From Tubiluchus corallicola (Eukaryota; Animalia; Priapulida), in the NCBI GenBank assembly GCA_030141605.1, contig JAQGDQ010000096.1, positions 186,001 to 250,000 of the forward strand: a stretch of DNA of 64,000 nt, in the 5' to 3' direction. The notes beneath the pieces are model-generated. The model was not told the origin of the DNA. It was given only the letters and a program-made list of their open reading frames with translations, and did not search any database. Below, in pieces: positions 23,170 to 36,249 of this stretch; positions within the stretch are counted from its first letter, which is position 1; each line of letters opens with the position of its first letter. The position numbers were made by a program, and so were the translations under genes.

Positions 23170-24740
23170 TCTAGGGTTATCACACCTGGTGAATTTCACT
23201 TTAGACCAATAAGTGAATATGATGGCAGCAGATTTTTGAGACAAATACCTCCTCGCAAAGCCACCGGCCTGGACGGAGTATCTGTAAAGATGTTGAAAAT
23301 GTTGGAATGATGCAATTACTACACCACTAACGAATATTATCAGACAAATGTTATTCGAATCAGCATTTGCGTCCTTGTTGAAAGAAGCCCGAGTAACGCC
23401 AGTTCATAAAAGAATGACAGACTCCATTGAGAATTATAGATCTGTTAGCGTGCTATCCATAACCTCGAAGCCGTTCGAACGTGCAATCACAACGCAGCTA
23501 TGTGACTACTTTGAAGGCATATTGCACCCTAATCTAAGTGCTTACAAAAAAGGATGTAGATGTGAGTCTGTGTTACTGTTTTTAAAGGAGAAATGGCAAA
23601 AGCCATAGACCAAAGAAAGCATTGTGGGGCAATATTAATGGATCTTTCCATGGCATTTGGGTGCTTACCCCACGAATTCATTATAAAAAAAACTCGAAGC
23701 ATACGGTTTGAGGAAACCAGCAACTGCCTTAGTACAAAGCTGCTTATCCAGCCGTCAACAGTGTGTCAAAATTGGTTCGAATCAGAGTGAATTCAAGCTG
23801 TTAAGCAAAGATGTACCACAGGGCTCCCTAGTGGGCCCATGATTTTTAATATCTTTATAAATGATATTTTTTATGCGGTCACTAAATCAGACTTTGCAAA
23901 TTATGCCGATGATAATACTATAAGCTATCCAGACACGGACTTTTTTACATGGAAAAAAACTTGAGACAGATGCTGAGGCTCTAGTCACTTGGTTTGAGGC
24001 AAATGGAATGCAAGCAAACCGGGACAACTTCCAATGTATAACATTTGCCCCTAGACCTGTGGATAGACATACCTCTTTTACTGTCAAAAGTGTAACAGTG
24101 CAAAGTGCCAACGAAGTTAAATTACTCGGTATAAATATTGATGATCAGTTAAAATTCAACAGCCAAGTGTCAAAAGTTTGTACAAAGGCTGGGCAGCAAT
24201 TAAACGCTTTAAAACGGATTGGAAAAAAATTGTCTTCTAAATTCCGAAAATATATCTATAAAATCTTTTGTTTCATTTGTATTTAATTTCTATTCATTAT
24301 TATGGCAGTTTAGTAGTGTGTCCAACGGACAAAAACTTGAGAAACTGAATTATCACGCATTACGTTATGGACATCATGATTTCGTGAGCAGTTATGAAGC
24401 CTTCTTATATAAGATAAAAGTATTTCCCTCTCTTTTCATCGAACTAAACTCATTTTTATTGAGGTATACAAAATCATAGCTAAGCTCAGGCCTTGGTACC
24501 CGAACGATCTTATTTCTCTTAAAAAAGGAGCGAAATGCAATTTTAGAAATTACTCGATGAAACTCGAAGTCTGATTTTAATTTCATGCGTTACAAAGGGA
24601 GTTTCACATACTATGGTGCCTACGTATGGAATGAGTTACCTAACGATGTGAGAAAGGCTGAAAATTTCAAGGAATTCTACAGATTATTATCTGTCTGGAA
24701 CGGCAACACATGTAAATGTGACATGTGTAAATCTTTGTGA
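23170..24740 (+). mobile_element. 5'-truncated, decayed CR1/L2-clade LINE ORF2
   Basis: Ordered motifs across frames: KATGLDGVS, ARVTPVHK, NYRSVSVLS, MDLSMAF, VPQGSLVGP, NYADDNT, KLLGINIDDQLKF, WNELP, and C-terminal WNGNTCKCDMCK. Multiple stops and frameshifts. Confidence 0.92.
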
Positions 24741-24802
24741 TAATTGTGGTTATTATTATAACTTACATGTATAGCTAAAGTGCTATTTTAATCCTGCTTT
24801 TT

Positions 24803-24873
24803 ATACGTATATATATATATATATATATACATATATATACGTATATATATATATATACGTATCTTATATCTAA

Positions 24874-24905
<32 letters not shown>
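24803..24905. repeat. (AT)n and (AC)n microsatellites at the LINE 3' end
   Basis: Direct reading. Confidence 0.9.
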
Positions 24906-24907
<2 letters not shown>

Positions 24908-24983
24908 CTACAATTCAGTTCAAGCTGGTTTATAGATTTAGAATAAGCCATAGATACAAACTGCTCTTATTATCTGTGACAAG

Positions 24984-25323
24984 TAGGGGTGAGCATTCTC
25001 ACCTAGAAAGCGAATTCGAATCGAACCGAATTTCAGTATTTCAAATCCGAATCGGATTCCAATTGAGTTTGAAAGATTAGTAAAAAGTAGTCTTACAAAG
25101 ATCATGCATATCACTTTATTTTGTTCTGCAGTAAAACTACTATTAATTTGTTAAAAAATTTGCACAGAAACTGCAGGTAAATTGTGCTAAATGCTTTTTC
25201 AAACGTTTATTGCATTTTAATTGCTGAAGTGCTGAATTATTTGAATTCACGATTTTAGGTTCGAATCGAATTCGAACTAAAAAACTCGTGCAAATCGAAT
25301 TTGAATGTTCAGTGTTCACCCAC
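24984..25323. mobile_element. hAT-like MITE with TTCGAAT subterminal repeats
   Basis: Left end TAGGGGTGAGCAT, right end GTGTTCACCCAC (imperfect inverted repeat); GAATTCGAATCGAACC at left mirrored by GGTTCGAATCGAATTCGAA at right. Confidence 0.6.
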
Positions 25324-27392
25324 GTAACAAGGATCGAGCTCAAGAAGATTCATTTGAGTTAATGGCATGTTGAGCTATATTCTGGTAATCATTTTGTTTT
25401 TCAAGATAGCTCTAATATATTAGACAGCACTGAGGTCTAGTGAACTTCAGTTTGACCTGCTCCGATTATTCAGAACATACACTTCAAATTTGCAGGCTGT
25501 GATTGAGAATTTAATGCTCAGAATTGGCGGCTTGTTTTCCACCTCCCCAACCATGAACTTGTTCATTAGGTTGTAGGATAAACCTGGAAAGAAAAGCAAA
25601 AAATATCAATAAAAGTACAGCAGTAATAGTGCCAGTTAATTAGTATGGAGTACAAGTAATAGTTCCTAGTAAATTGCTGTTGTTTTTATCAATGTAAATA
25701 ATATTAGTAATTAATAGTGGATTATTTTAGCTTACCAGGATACCGGCTGTAAATTTAAAGCGTTCAGCTCCCACGCAGTCACAGTAAGTCTGTGGTTGTT
25801 GTGATCCACGTCACAGTTAGGCAAAACTTGATTCTCAGCTAAAGAGGGCGCCAGTCGTCAACTGAAGAAGCCTGCTTAGCCTTGCCCCTGCACCGCAACC
25901 CTGCGGAATCATCTCCATTTTCCATTGCTTAGTCAGTGTACGGATTTGGTGGAGAATTTAGTCATACGAAGTGTTTCTATTAAAATAATGTAGTTATTGA
26001 TTTTGTTTAAATTGCTGTGTATTTGCTTCGCAGTTTTCTGAAAATACGGCACAGTGCTGCAGAAAGTGCCAACCAATAATGAAATAGAGGTAAAACTACA
26101 AATCCTAAAGAAATAAACGTGAAAACGTCGGACTGCTAAGTGTAAGCCGATACGTTGTTGATGTTATTAGAACTTTTATATTTTCACTGTCGCACCAGTT
26201 TAATGAAAGTATGGTTGTAGAACTAGACCGCAAACGTACTTTGTATATTATAGGACCTACCATTATTAATTACACAATTATTTATAGTAATTAGTATTAT
26301 ATCGCCTTAGTACCATTTGATGTTTCGAGAGTGTAGTAGAGCACTAATTACTGATTAGGCCGTCCCCCAATACCGTGAAGTGTCACGAACCCAAACATTT
26401 GAGGTTAAGTATTTGAAAGAATTTAAACCCAGCCCTGGATGTGTTAAAGCCAGCAACCCCTGTCTCTATTAATAAAAGTATTATGGATTTTTAATAAAAT
26501 ATGAAGCACTATTACTTAGCACTATGTGGTTATTGTTAAATACATAAATTTGCATGTTATTATATCTAAGCAGGTTGCACCATTGCTTGTTGTGTAGTAC
26601 CTTTTGTATAATAATTATACCTGATTGTTATTTGGCATTTAATTAAAAGCAGGCTCAGTAACTGCTTGTAGTGTGTTATAAAATTCCCACTTAATGTGAA
26701 CATGAAAGGAGACGCATTTTCTGAGGAGAATAAGAATTTTTTAAAGCTGGACCCCTGAAATCTAGCACTTCTCAAAATTTGGTGCCCTAGACTACACCCT
26801 TTTTAGTCTTTGGCTAAATATGCCCTCAAGTGTTTGAAAACCAACCCTCAAACAATATTCGCTGTGTTTTAATATATACTTAAAAATATTGAGCTTATTG
26901 AACTTACCACATAATATATGTGCATAAAATGTCTTATTTAAAAATGAACCTCGCTGCTGACATACTTGAAAAAAACATGTAAGCTGTTGGACAGCATGAA
27001 GCTATGCTGAAGATGGTTTCTGCATTTCACTCAGAAATTCCGCTGGTCACTTCTAACTGACAAAATTTTTATGTTTAACTGTGTTTATGTAATTAGTTGT
27101 CAGATCGATTACTAGTAACTTTGAAGTGCTTACTTAGCTTTAATCCACGGGGCTATACCTGAAAATGCATGTAAGTATTACACATAATATAATTATAGAT
27201 AAGCATGGAGTTCTGTGATGCTGTGAGCATGCAGAAGGTGCCAGGGCATTTACTTAGCTTGTAGAGTTCAAATTTAGCTTGTTAAAATATGTAGGCAAAA
27301 CAGTCATTAAAAATGTTGTAATTTCCTAATTTTTTGTTAGTATGTTGAGGGAAGTAGCTAAACTGAATGATCACAGTTCGTGATTAGTAAAT

Positions 27393-27437
27393 GAAGCTAA
27401 GCAGTACTGAGCCTAGTTAGCAACTGGATAGGTGAAC
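27393..27437 (+). pseudogene. 5S rRNA-derived fragment (pseudogene or SINE3 head)
   Basis: GAAGCTAAGCAGTACTGAGCCTAGTTAGCAACTGGATAGGTGAAC aligns without gaps to the animal 5S internal control region GAAGCTAAGCAGGGTCGGGCCTGGTTAGTACTTGGATGGGAGACC (33/45 by manual comparison). The 5' and 3' ends of 5S are absent. Confidence 0.7.
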
Positions 27438-27697
27438 AGGAAGCTATTCTTAAACAACTTTTTCTACCCCTTAGTGGCAAATATAATGTGGAAAGGAAGA
27501 TATATTTTAGCAAATGTTTGCATCCTGCGTTCACTTTAGTAGTTGATCCTCATATTGGTGACTTGTTTATTGTTATACGTGCATTTATACTGACAGATAA
27601 CTGTCAGAACCCATACTAAACATTGTCAATTTTTGTTCGTACCTACGAATTTGTTGTCAACGTTTGTACCTACATATTTTTTAAGATAGCACGAAGG

Positions 27698-27812
27698 GAG
27701 TTTACATTTCCCCAAACAATTTAAATACCCTAACCTTAACCCTGACCTGAACCCTAACCTAGCCCTAACCCTGACCCCAACTCTAACCTAACCCTAACTC
27801 TGACCCTAATTC
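27698..27812. mobile_element. MITE copy with telomere-like (CCCTAA)n repeats (one end only)
   Basis: GGAGTTTACATTTCCCCAAACAATTTAA then degenerate CCCTAA/CCTGAC hexamers; homologous to 50912-51039. Confidence 0.7.
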
Positions 27813-29278
27813 TTTTCATGAACTTTTTGTAATTGTGAGCTTTAACTGATGGTGCCTTTTCAAGAGAAACATATTCAGACTCATTTATGCCATCATTGAA
27901 AACAACAGCAATATTCTCTCCTATCAAATTTAATTCAAATGCTCTACATACTGCAATATTCTTTTTATGTGCAATCAGTTTTGTCAAATACGCATAAATA
28001 TTTGAACAAATGTTTGCTGTCTATATATGATTTGAAGTTTTTTAACCAAGTTAGTTATTTATTCAAACAAACTCGAATAATCATGACTACGAATATTTTA
28101 TTGGTTACAGCAATGCAGAATAACATAATTTAATATAGCGTATACTCAAACTGTAACTTACAAGCTGCTTTTTTATATACAGCAGATGCAGCTCAAGTGA
28201 CACTCTATCCATTTGCATCAAAATTGTTTTCAAATTTCACTAAGCCAATATTCCACTGCGATAATTTTAATAAGTTCCTTTCTTGTCAAGATGGACTATA
28301 GAAATTACGGATACTCTGTTTCTGCAAATTTTTTATCATACCCTTGACCAAAAATGCGGATAATTTTTTGTTACCTTTCAATGATTTTAGGACAGCTGTA
28401 GGTGCATTAAACTAGGCTAATTATACAAGAGTTTTATGAGACCTGCATGTGTACAGTTGCTGCATGTTTCGAACAAAATATTTAAAAGTTTACAATAATA
28501 ATTTATTTCAAGATTATGTGAGTTATTAGTTACCCTACTTTATAGTTTTTCATAAGTATGTACCACTTTATTTTCAATAATAGTATTGTATTGATGTATT
28601 GCCCGTTGACTTCATGTCCTGAACAATGGCTATTAAACCAATAGGCCCAACCTGCTGACAAAAACAGAGCTGTCTAGATGCAGTTGTTCTGCGGATTGAT
28701 GATTGATAAGTAACTGTGGTCCGTGACCTGTAAAAAGCAAGTACTGGAATTGTGTTTTTAGTAATGAATATTAGAATACTTTCACTGTATTTATTTATGT
28801 TTTATATTTGTGTGGCTTTATATATTATGTTATTTTGTTCAATGTTTGTAAACTATGCATGTGCAAGCACGTGGATTGGATCTAGTGTTCGCTACTGAGA
28901 ATGGTGTCCTTTGAACAACATGGCAGTGAAAATTCTTCCATATTTTGTGGCATTAATGAACTAAGTACGTAAATCTATGCATATCAGTAAACTACTATTC
29001 TTGAATGTGCTTCATTTAATTTTACCATCTGTTTGCCTTACGAATAACTTTGAAATCAGCAACGAGTTCATCTCATCACTGTTATTAGGATTATTGGCAA
29101 CTGATCAGTTGCCAAGCTTCAAGCATGTTTTTAATACAGCACTAATTGCAATGTACTTTTTTCTTCTTAGGTATTTCAAAGAAACACCTGGTCGTTCAAT
29201 CATTAATTTCAACCCAACGATTATATCCGTGATGGTATGACATTGCTTTGTTGATAAACACATTGTTGATTAGATCAC

Positions 29279-31069
29279 ATGCAAGATCTAAGAATAAACT
29301 CTACATATAAGCATAATCATCGTAAAACCAAGAATATGATTTCTTATACTGTGTGCATAATCATCGTGTTCGTGTCTCAAGCAGTAGCTGCTGAAGAGGT
29401 GTTAACTCGCTTCACCGATCAAACTATTCCTCACCACGGTCGATGTGAACCAATTACAATTCCCTTGTGTCAAGACATACAATACAATGAAACAATTATG
29501 CCAAATTTATTAAACCATCAGAAACAGGAGGATGCTGGACTTGAAGTGCATCAGTTTTTCCCCTTAGTTAAGGTACAATGTTCACCTGATTTGCAGTTTT
29601 TCTTATGTGCAATGTACGCGCCAGTATGTACTGTGATTGAGGAGGCCCTTCCTCCTTGTAGATCACTTTGTGAATCTGCTAGGAATGGGTGCGAAGGTTT
29701 GATGAACAAATTTGGTTTTCAGTGGCCTGAATCCTTGGAGTGTTCAAAATTTCCGAAAGCAGGTTTGTGTGTAGGAGAAAATTCAACAGATGCGGCATCC
29801 CCTACAGAAAGGCCACCTGCATATCCTACAGGAAAATATGCTCCTCCTTACATCAGCCATGATGGTGGAATTTTTCCAAATGGAACTAAATTTAGTCAGA
29901 TGTTTGACTTTGAATGTCCTCCTCAACTGCATGTTCCAAATCAGGACTATAAGCTGCAAATGGGAACTCAAGTTGTACCAGACTGTGGAACGCCTTGCAG
30001 TGATTTCTTCTGGGGTAGTCGTGACCAGCATATTGCACGCATGTGGATAGGCGTTTGGAGTATGATATGCTGCGCAATGTCTTTATTTACAGTACTTACC
30101 TTTTTAGTTGATATGCAAAGATTTCGCTACCCTGAACGTCCAATTATTTTTCTCTCAGGATGTTATTTTGTCATGTCCACTGCTTACATTGCTGGGTTTA
30201 TTTTACAAGATGATGTGTCATGTAAACCTGGGTTTGCTAATACGTACGTAAATCCTGAGGACAAGTCGCCAATGACTGTTAACACATTGCCTACAATTGT
30301 TCAAGGAACAAAGAAAGAAGGTTGTACTATACTTTTCATGATGCTGTATTTTTTTACCATGGCGGGTTCAATCTGGTGGGTTGTGCTCACCTTAACGTGG
30401 TTTCTGTCTGCTGGTTTGAAGTGGAGTAATGAAGCCATAGAACAAAATTCTCATTTCTTTCATTTGGCAGCTTGGGCAATTCCTGCCATTAAGACTATAG
30501 CCATTTTAGCAATGGGTAAAATAGATGGCGATGTCTTAGCTGGTGTCTGCTTTGTCGGACTGTCCAATAAGAATTCTCTTCGTGGCTTTGTTCTTGCACC
30601 ACTTGTTGCTTATTTAGTTTTGGGTACTTTTTTCCTAATTGCTGGATTTGTTAGCTTGTTTCGTATTCGTACAATCATCAAGCATGAAGGAACGAAAACT
30701 GATAAGTTAGAAATATTGATGATTAGAATTGGTGTCTTTTCTGTATTATACAGTGTCCCAGCTGCAGTAGTAGTGGCTTGCCTATTTTATGAAGAGAGAA
30801 ATTTTGATCTGTGGATGTATGGCTGGTGGGGCAGAATATGTCGTGATGGCACTTTTAACATCCGTTGTCACATGATTGTGCAAGCCATGGGAACCAGCAT
30901 TAATGCATTTAGGCCAAATATCACTGTCTTCCTTGTCAAGTACTTAATGAGTCTAGTGGTGGGAATTACATCAGGTTTTTGGATCTGGAGCAGCAAAACA
31001 CTTCAATCTTGGTCTAATTTCTACCGACGGATATGCAGTCTGGGTCGTGCTGATGAAACAATTGTATGA
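29279..31069 (+). CDS. FZD1/2/7: Frizzled-1/2/7 Wnt receptor, intronless CDS (likely start at ATG 29336)
   Basis: Signal peptide from M20 ([19 protein letters not shown]), CRD ([12 protein letters not shown]...[20 protein letters not shown]), 7TM with [16 protein letters not shown] and [18 protein letters not shown], KTxxxW motif (KTLQSW), PDZ-binding C-terminus ETIV. Confidence 0.97.
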   Translation: MQDLRINSTYKHNHRKTKNMISYTVCIIIVFVSQAVAAEEVLTRFTDQTIPHHGRCEPITIPLCQDIQYNETIMPNLLNHQKQEDAGLEVHQFFPLVKVQCSPDLQFFLCAMYAPVCTVIEEALPPCRSLCESARNGCEGLMNKFGFQWPESLECSKFPKAGLCVGENSTDAASPTERPPAYPTGKYAPPYISHDGGIFPNGTKFSQMFDFECPPQLHVPNQDYKLQMGTQVVPDCGTPCSDFFWGSRDQHIARMWIGVWSMICCAMSLFTVLTFLVDMQRFRYPERPIIFLSGCYFVMSTAYIAGFILQDDVSCKPGFANTYVNPEDKSPMTVNTLPTIVQGTKKEGCTILFMMLYFFTMAGSIWWVVLTLTWFLSAGLKWSNEAIEQNSHFFHLAAWAIPAIKTIAILAMGKIDGDVLAGVCFVGLSNKNSLRGFVLAPLVAYLVLGTFFLIAGFVSLFRIRTIIKHEGTKTDKLEILMIRIGVFSVLYSVPAAVVVACLFYEERNFDLWMYGWWGRICRDGTFNIRCHMIVQAMGTSINAFRPNITVFLVKYLMSLVVGITSGFWIWSSKTLQSWSNFYRRICSLGRADETIV

Positions 31070-32407
31070 TACAGGCTTTAAAACACATAATTTTGTAGTC
31101 AAACTTATTAAATTTTATGTGTGACTTTGATTTGCTGTTAACTAGTGACCATTTGTAGTTAAGTGCAACACAACGACATTTGAAAGGACAGATTGTCATG
31201 CATAGACACTTGTTTATTAAAATGTGTAAGCTGGATAATATCAGTGTGACCTTATGGAGTGACTTCATTCTGAAGCTGAGTGCTGCAGTATCTCATTGTA
31301 AACATAACACTTTAATAAGGACTAGCCAATACTGTTAATGAGTGCTCAGTAATAAACTGACTGTGATGACAACTGCAACAATTCGTGGAACAAAGCAAGT
31401 ATGCATAGGCAGTAGAATGCAGCTCAGTGTTATTATTGACATGCCAACATGCCTTTGTCACTAAATGACAAACAGTTTTGCAAATGCTGTGAACTAAGAT
31501 CTGATTATGGTGAGCTGTCTGTTCACCTATGTTGGAATCGACTATTTTACATAAAACAGTACCAGACTCTTATCAGAAGATGAGTTAGATGACACTTATT
31601 TGCATTCTCAAGTAGGTAAGTTCGTCATCAGTTTTTCAAGAGAATCCGTTATTTTTTCTTGTAATATCGTTATCAAAACTTGGGTGCATTTTTTAATATG
31701 ATATAATTTTATTACTTTCTTGTTATTTGAGTTATTTTTTGATGATTCTCTCCCAAATGGCTGAATTTTGAAATTGGCCCTGTTGACGCCGTTTTGTAGT
31801 CATGCTGTCCCATAATGTAAATTTCCGTGAATGTGAAAATTGTTAATCGAGATGGTACCATATTTCACGTCAATATGGCAGAAGACAAGGAAGACTCGAG
31901 AGGAAGAGACTGGGGATCTTAAAATCTCTAAAAGAGAAAAATTGGAAACAACGGCCAGTTCATCATGAAAATGTTTTTCAAAATTCTGGGCCAAACTTGA
32001 CGATATTACTGAGAGTATTTTTTAAGGTGAAATTAATAAAGAATTATTTTCACTCAGCTGTGAGCAATCATGGATTCAACTAACTTCGCGATTCTTTCTA
32101 TTGAAAGAGAATATACCGTCATAGTACGAAATTACTTGTGTTGAAGAGTTCGCAATTCGAAGACAGAAGGTCGTAAGAACCTTAGTCCTTACATTTATAA
32201 ATAACTTTCACGTATGTGTGTTTGTCGCGGGCGAAGGTGTATTTACGTTTATGGAAAGGTCCGAACGGACGGCCAATTTTGGTACCGCACGGGGCGGCCA
32301 AATCACACTCTACGTCACTGATACAGTGCAGTCTTATTTGTTACAAAATAAAATACGGCATGAATTTCATTACAGATCTAACCTACATTATTTTACGTCA
32401 CTCACGT

Positions 32408-32530
32408 ACTTTACCAGTACCATATTTTCAATGTGCCAAATTTCTCCAGTACCAAAAATTCCTAGTAGCAAACTTACTTAGTACCAAAATCACCAGGACA
32501 AAATTTATCTGTATCAAACTTACTGTGCAC
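32408..32530. repeat. Degenerate 15-bp tandem repeat (ACCAAATTTxCCAGT-like), probably internal to a transposon
   Basis: About 8 units visible by eye. Confidence 0.55.
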
Positions 32531-35500
32531 TTTTGTTACCTTTTATTTCTGTTTTTTATTGCCGTTGTGTTTTACACTTGCGTTGCGGAATTAAAACTTA
32601 CAAACAAAATTATTTTTGTGCGTTTCACGTTATCATATTTTAATATAAAGTTTAAGTTAGGAATTTTTATTAGCATTCTTTTACAACATGTGTGTATTCT
32701 GAATTGAATCATTCCGAAATACCCAACTCTGAATATTGATAACAATTTTTGGAGAAAATCTTTTGCTTAAATTCGTTACCAACCGAACTGTCGAATTTGC
32801 GTTTAATTTTACAATTGTGAATCGTGTACATTGCATACAGCAGCGCATACCACGTGTGGATTATTTTCTTTTAACCACATTGTCGTCCCATACTGAATGC
32901 TGGATTTATAAATACAGGCTAGGCCGAGTTTGGCTGAGCCTTTCAACCAGCTGCGAGATTTTCAGCCTTTCGTATCGACCCGGAGCAATAATGTGTGCGC
33001 GTGTTTAAAGTAAATGCCTGTACAAGCAGGACGGAGCTAGTAGCTTGGCCGAGAAATCGGTATGCCTTTGTCTGCAGCTGCACTCTAACATCATTACAAG
33101 GATGGTCTACTGTACATGCCTTGGAGTATCAGGCTGCATTAGCAGCCGCTGTGTGGGAGCAACGTTAAATAAACATTACCAGTACTGTTCTATTATAAGA
33201 CTGTACAAAAGGCTTATCAGTTCAAAATGTGCACGAGCTGCGGCATATGTTCTGAAATGTTTAGTACATGTATAGTTTCAAACGCAGTGTAATTGACAGT
33301 AGGTTGTTGGCCTTTTTTAGTTATACAGAGTGAAATATTTCGTCCATATCTCTTTTGTGGAGCTTGTAAAATGTCTGTTTTTTAGTGTTTTTGAACATGA
33401 TCAGACAAAAAATTTTCATTTAATTTTACATTTCGTTTCAGTTTTTTTTATATCTACAATAAATGTTACTTAAACATGTGACAATAACCAACATATTTAG
33501 CAAAAGAGTTTTTGCTGTTGTTTGGCCGGCCTCACATTCTCCTCTGCTTTTGATACTTAAGACGTGGTCTTGACGTTAAACAACTTTTTTTCATTACTGG
33601 CTTTTATGTTACTAACACTTTATGTTGTCTGTAACGTCATACGCTGAAATCGAGGTTCTGAGGTCTTGTAACAAAAACTTATCTCTACTCCCTGTAAGAT
33701 CTTAAAATTCCGATTCTTGACTTTATAAGGCATTTTCTTAACTATACAAATCAGTTTTGGTGGATTTCAGCTATATGAAGAACCTAACTTTAGCTACAAT
33801 TCGTTAATTATATTTAAGACAGGGTGTTTTTTCTAGTAATAATGGCTTCTCATTAATTAAGGAAAAATAGTCTGTTTCAGTTTCAGTTTTGCCAGTGTAC
33901 TACTTTGAATCTGTCAGATATTTCAATACTGACTTCGATTCTTTCCAATGTTGATTGACTCCCGACTTTTTTTATAACACAAACTCTGTTTATTTTCATT
34001 CAGAACCAAACAGTAATGACTTTCTAAAATGTTTTGTAGTGTGTGAAGTCTATCTAAAAAATCACGTAAATTAGTCGATGAAATTATACACAAGGCTAGG
34101 CTATTAATATGCACAAGTATCGCAAAATGTGCCTTGCACCAAACTGGTGGCAATTTATAATTGTTTATCATAGGTGCTGGTTTTATGAGGTGGTTTATTT
34201 TTTTAGTAGCGTACCTCAAATGTTTCTTCTGTTTTCACACAACCCATTGCAGTTTTGTGTCAATTAATACACGTACATGTACGTGTATTATTGTGAACAT
34301 ACATATTACACATACCTAACTATATATTTATGTACATACAGAGATGTAGGCGCGCATATGTAGTTCGTAGAATCTAACGCAAGAGTCAGTGTTTTGTACA
34401 CTAAATATGATTATTTACATTTAATTTTGAATGTTTTGCAGGTTGTTGTGGGATGATACTCATCAGTTTTATAAAAGCAGTGGATGCACTTTGACGACGT
34501 GATTAACCTTTAATAAACGTTTGAAATGTAAATAATTATTTTTATCTGATGCTGTAGGTTGTGTTTTGTTGATTTGACAATTATATAAATTATGAATCAT
34601 ATTAGTTTAGTAAGTTTTAAATTCTCTCTGCGCGTATGTGAGGGTGTGCAAATGCGTACATGTGTGTGTGCCACATAGTGCGCGTGTGTGATACATGTGA
34701 CTATGTTGTTGCGTATGATTATATTGTAAATTATCAGTGTAATTTTTGTAACTGTCAAATACTGTTTAGTTGTTAAGTATGTGCGTGTATATTATAACCA
34801 AATACTGTATTATTATTAATGGTTAAATCTCATTCATTTGTAGTGAATAGTAAATGCAGCAGACCTAAAACACTTGTTAAACAAAATGAGCTTTGTTTAA
34901 AAAAATTGTACGTATTTCTTGCAATTTTTTATTATGTTTTTATTATCTGACAAACAACAATAAACATTGTTTTTGTGCAATTAGGACATAACTAGGTAAG
35001 CTGTTATCTGAGAATCTAGGAATTATCTGAGTTAATAAAACCTATCTGTTATTAAAATAATTGTGCAGTTAATGATTGCTGTACAGTGATGAGTGCGTTA
35101 TCATGAATGATTAAAAATGTAAATATCTGTAAAGATATAGTAGGTTTAGATTATTCAGTATTGCTTATTATCATGACGTGACAATTTGGTAATTATGTAT
35201 CATCATAATGATCCTTAAAATCATCATAAGTATACACGTACACATTATTTTAGTTGTATTTACTACTCATGTCCGTATGTATTCGTTTAAGTATTTAATC
35301 AGGAACATATTAAATGTAATATTAATAATCTCATATTTAAGTAAACTGTAATTATAATCATTGTAATTAAGTGTTTACACTTTTACAGGAAGCCAAATTT
35401 GAAAATAAATCATGTAAGCCATAGGTATATTCTTTATGGCAGTGACCTGCATGTTAGACTTGTGAGTTGTCAAAGATACCTGTAATCTTGTAAAAAAATA

Positions 35501-35879
35501 AAAGTTTACGTCCAGTAAAATATATCTTTTTTAACAGTGTTCTATTTTGAGAACCAAGTTGAACGTTAATGCCTGTGATGGTATTACATCCTTGAATTAA
35601 AATAGTATGACAACACCGGTATGTGGTATTAAATACTACCGAGTGCAAAATTCTTTACAATTACTTGAATTGTATATTGATGTTTAATCTGCTTAATATG
35701 GATGCAGTTGCCAACTGCATTAACCTTAATCAGATCAGCATCAGTGTGCACTAGTTATAGCTCATCTGCCACTGCAACTTAGTGATTTTTTACAAATGCA
35801 TCTGACAGCAATAGTAGCAGAAAATTTTCTGCTAATTTAATATATCTGCAGTACCAATCTGTACCATTAATTGAAGAAC

Positions 35880-35970
35880 CAGTAGTACCATTTTAGGTCT
35901 TTATTATGACTTGGCCATGGAACTCAACCCATGACTCTTGAGTTAGAAGAAAGAACACTGCCACTGAGCC
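35880..35970 (-). mobile_element. 5' part of the SINE family seen at 20565
   Basis: Reverse strand: GGCTCAGTGG A-box ... GGGTTGAGTTCC ... GTCATAATAAAGACCTAAAATGGTACT core. Confidence 0.55.
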
Positions 35971-36249
35971 CTGCTCTTGGCAGTTACTGCAATATGATTT
36001 AGATAATTATCACTTCTGGGCCTTAACATGGCAAAAATTAATTTCATGGTGGCCTGGCTTTACAAACTAAACCATCTCTGTAGTATAGCCGCTAGTAAGT
36101 TTTAGTTCCCATTTTTTGGTTCCAAGCAAACAAATGGACAAGTAAATTTTACATTTTTTGAACGATTTTAAAGCGGCACCTACTGACAGAAAAAGAAATT
36201 AATGTACCGAAGAGCAGTTAAGGACATAAAAGCGTTTGTTTTAGCAGTT

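Noticed and set aside
25838-25856. CTCF-like motif (AAAGAGGGCGCCAG); weaker ones at about 36172 and 38800
   Set aside because: Partial matches of this quality are expected by chance; no support without a PWM scan or ChIP data.
27730-27812. True telomere or chromosome-fusion scar
   Set aside because: Short, degenerate and embedded in a repeated element also found at 50915.
29279-29335. First ATG as the Frizzled start
   Set aside because: The 19 extra residues are polar and basic; the signal peptide begins at the ATG at 29336. Not excluded, but less likely.
29783-30077. Overlapping alternative-frame and antisense ORFs inside Frizzled (also 46765-47103 in Smurf)
   Set aside because: Short shadows of real coding sequence with no recognisable motifs.
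32216-32707. 163-aa ORF
   Set aside because: Starts at GTG, crosses a 15-bp tandem repeat and T-rich DNA, and has no domain signature.
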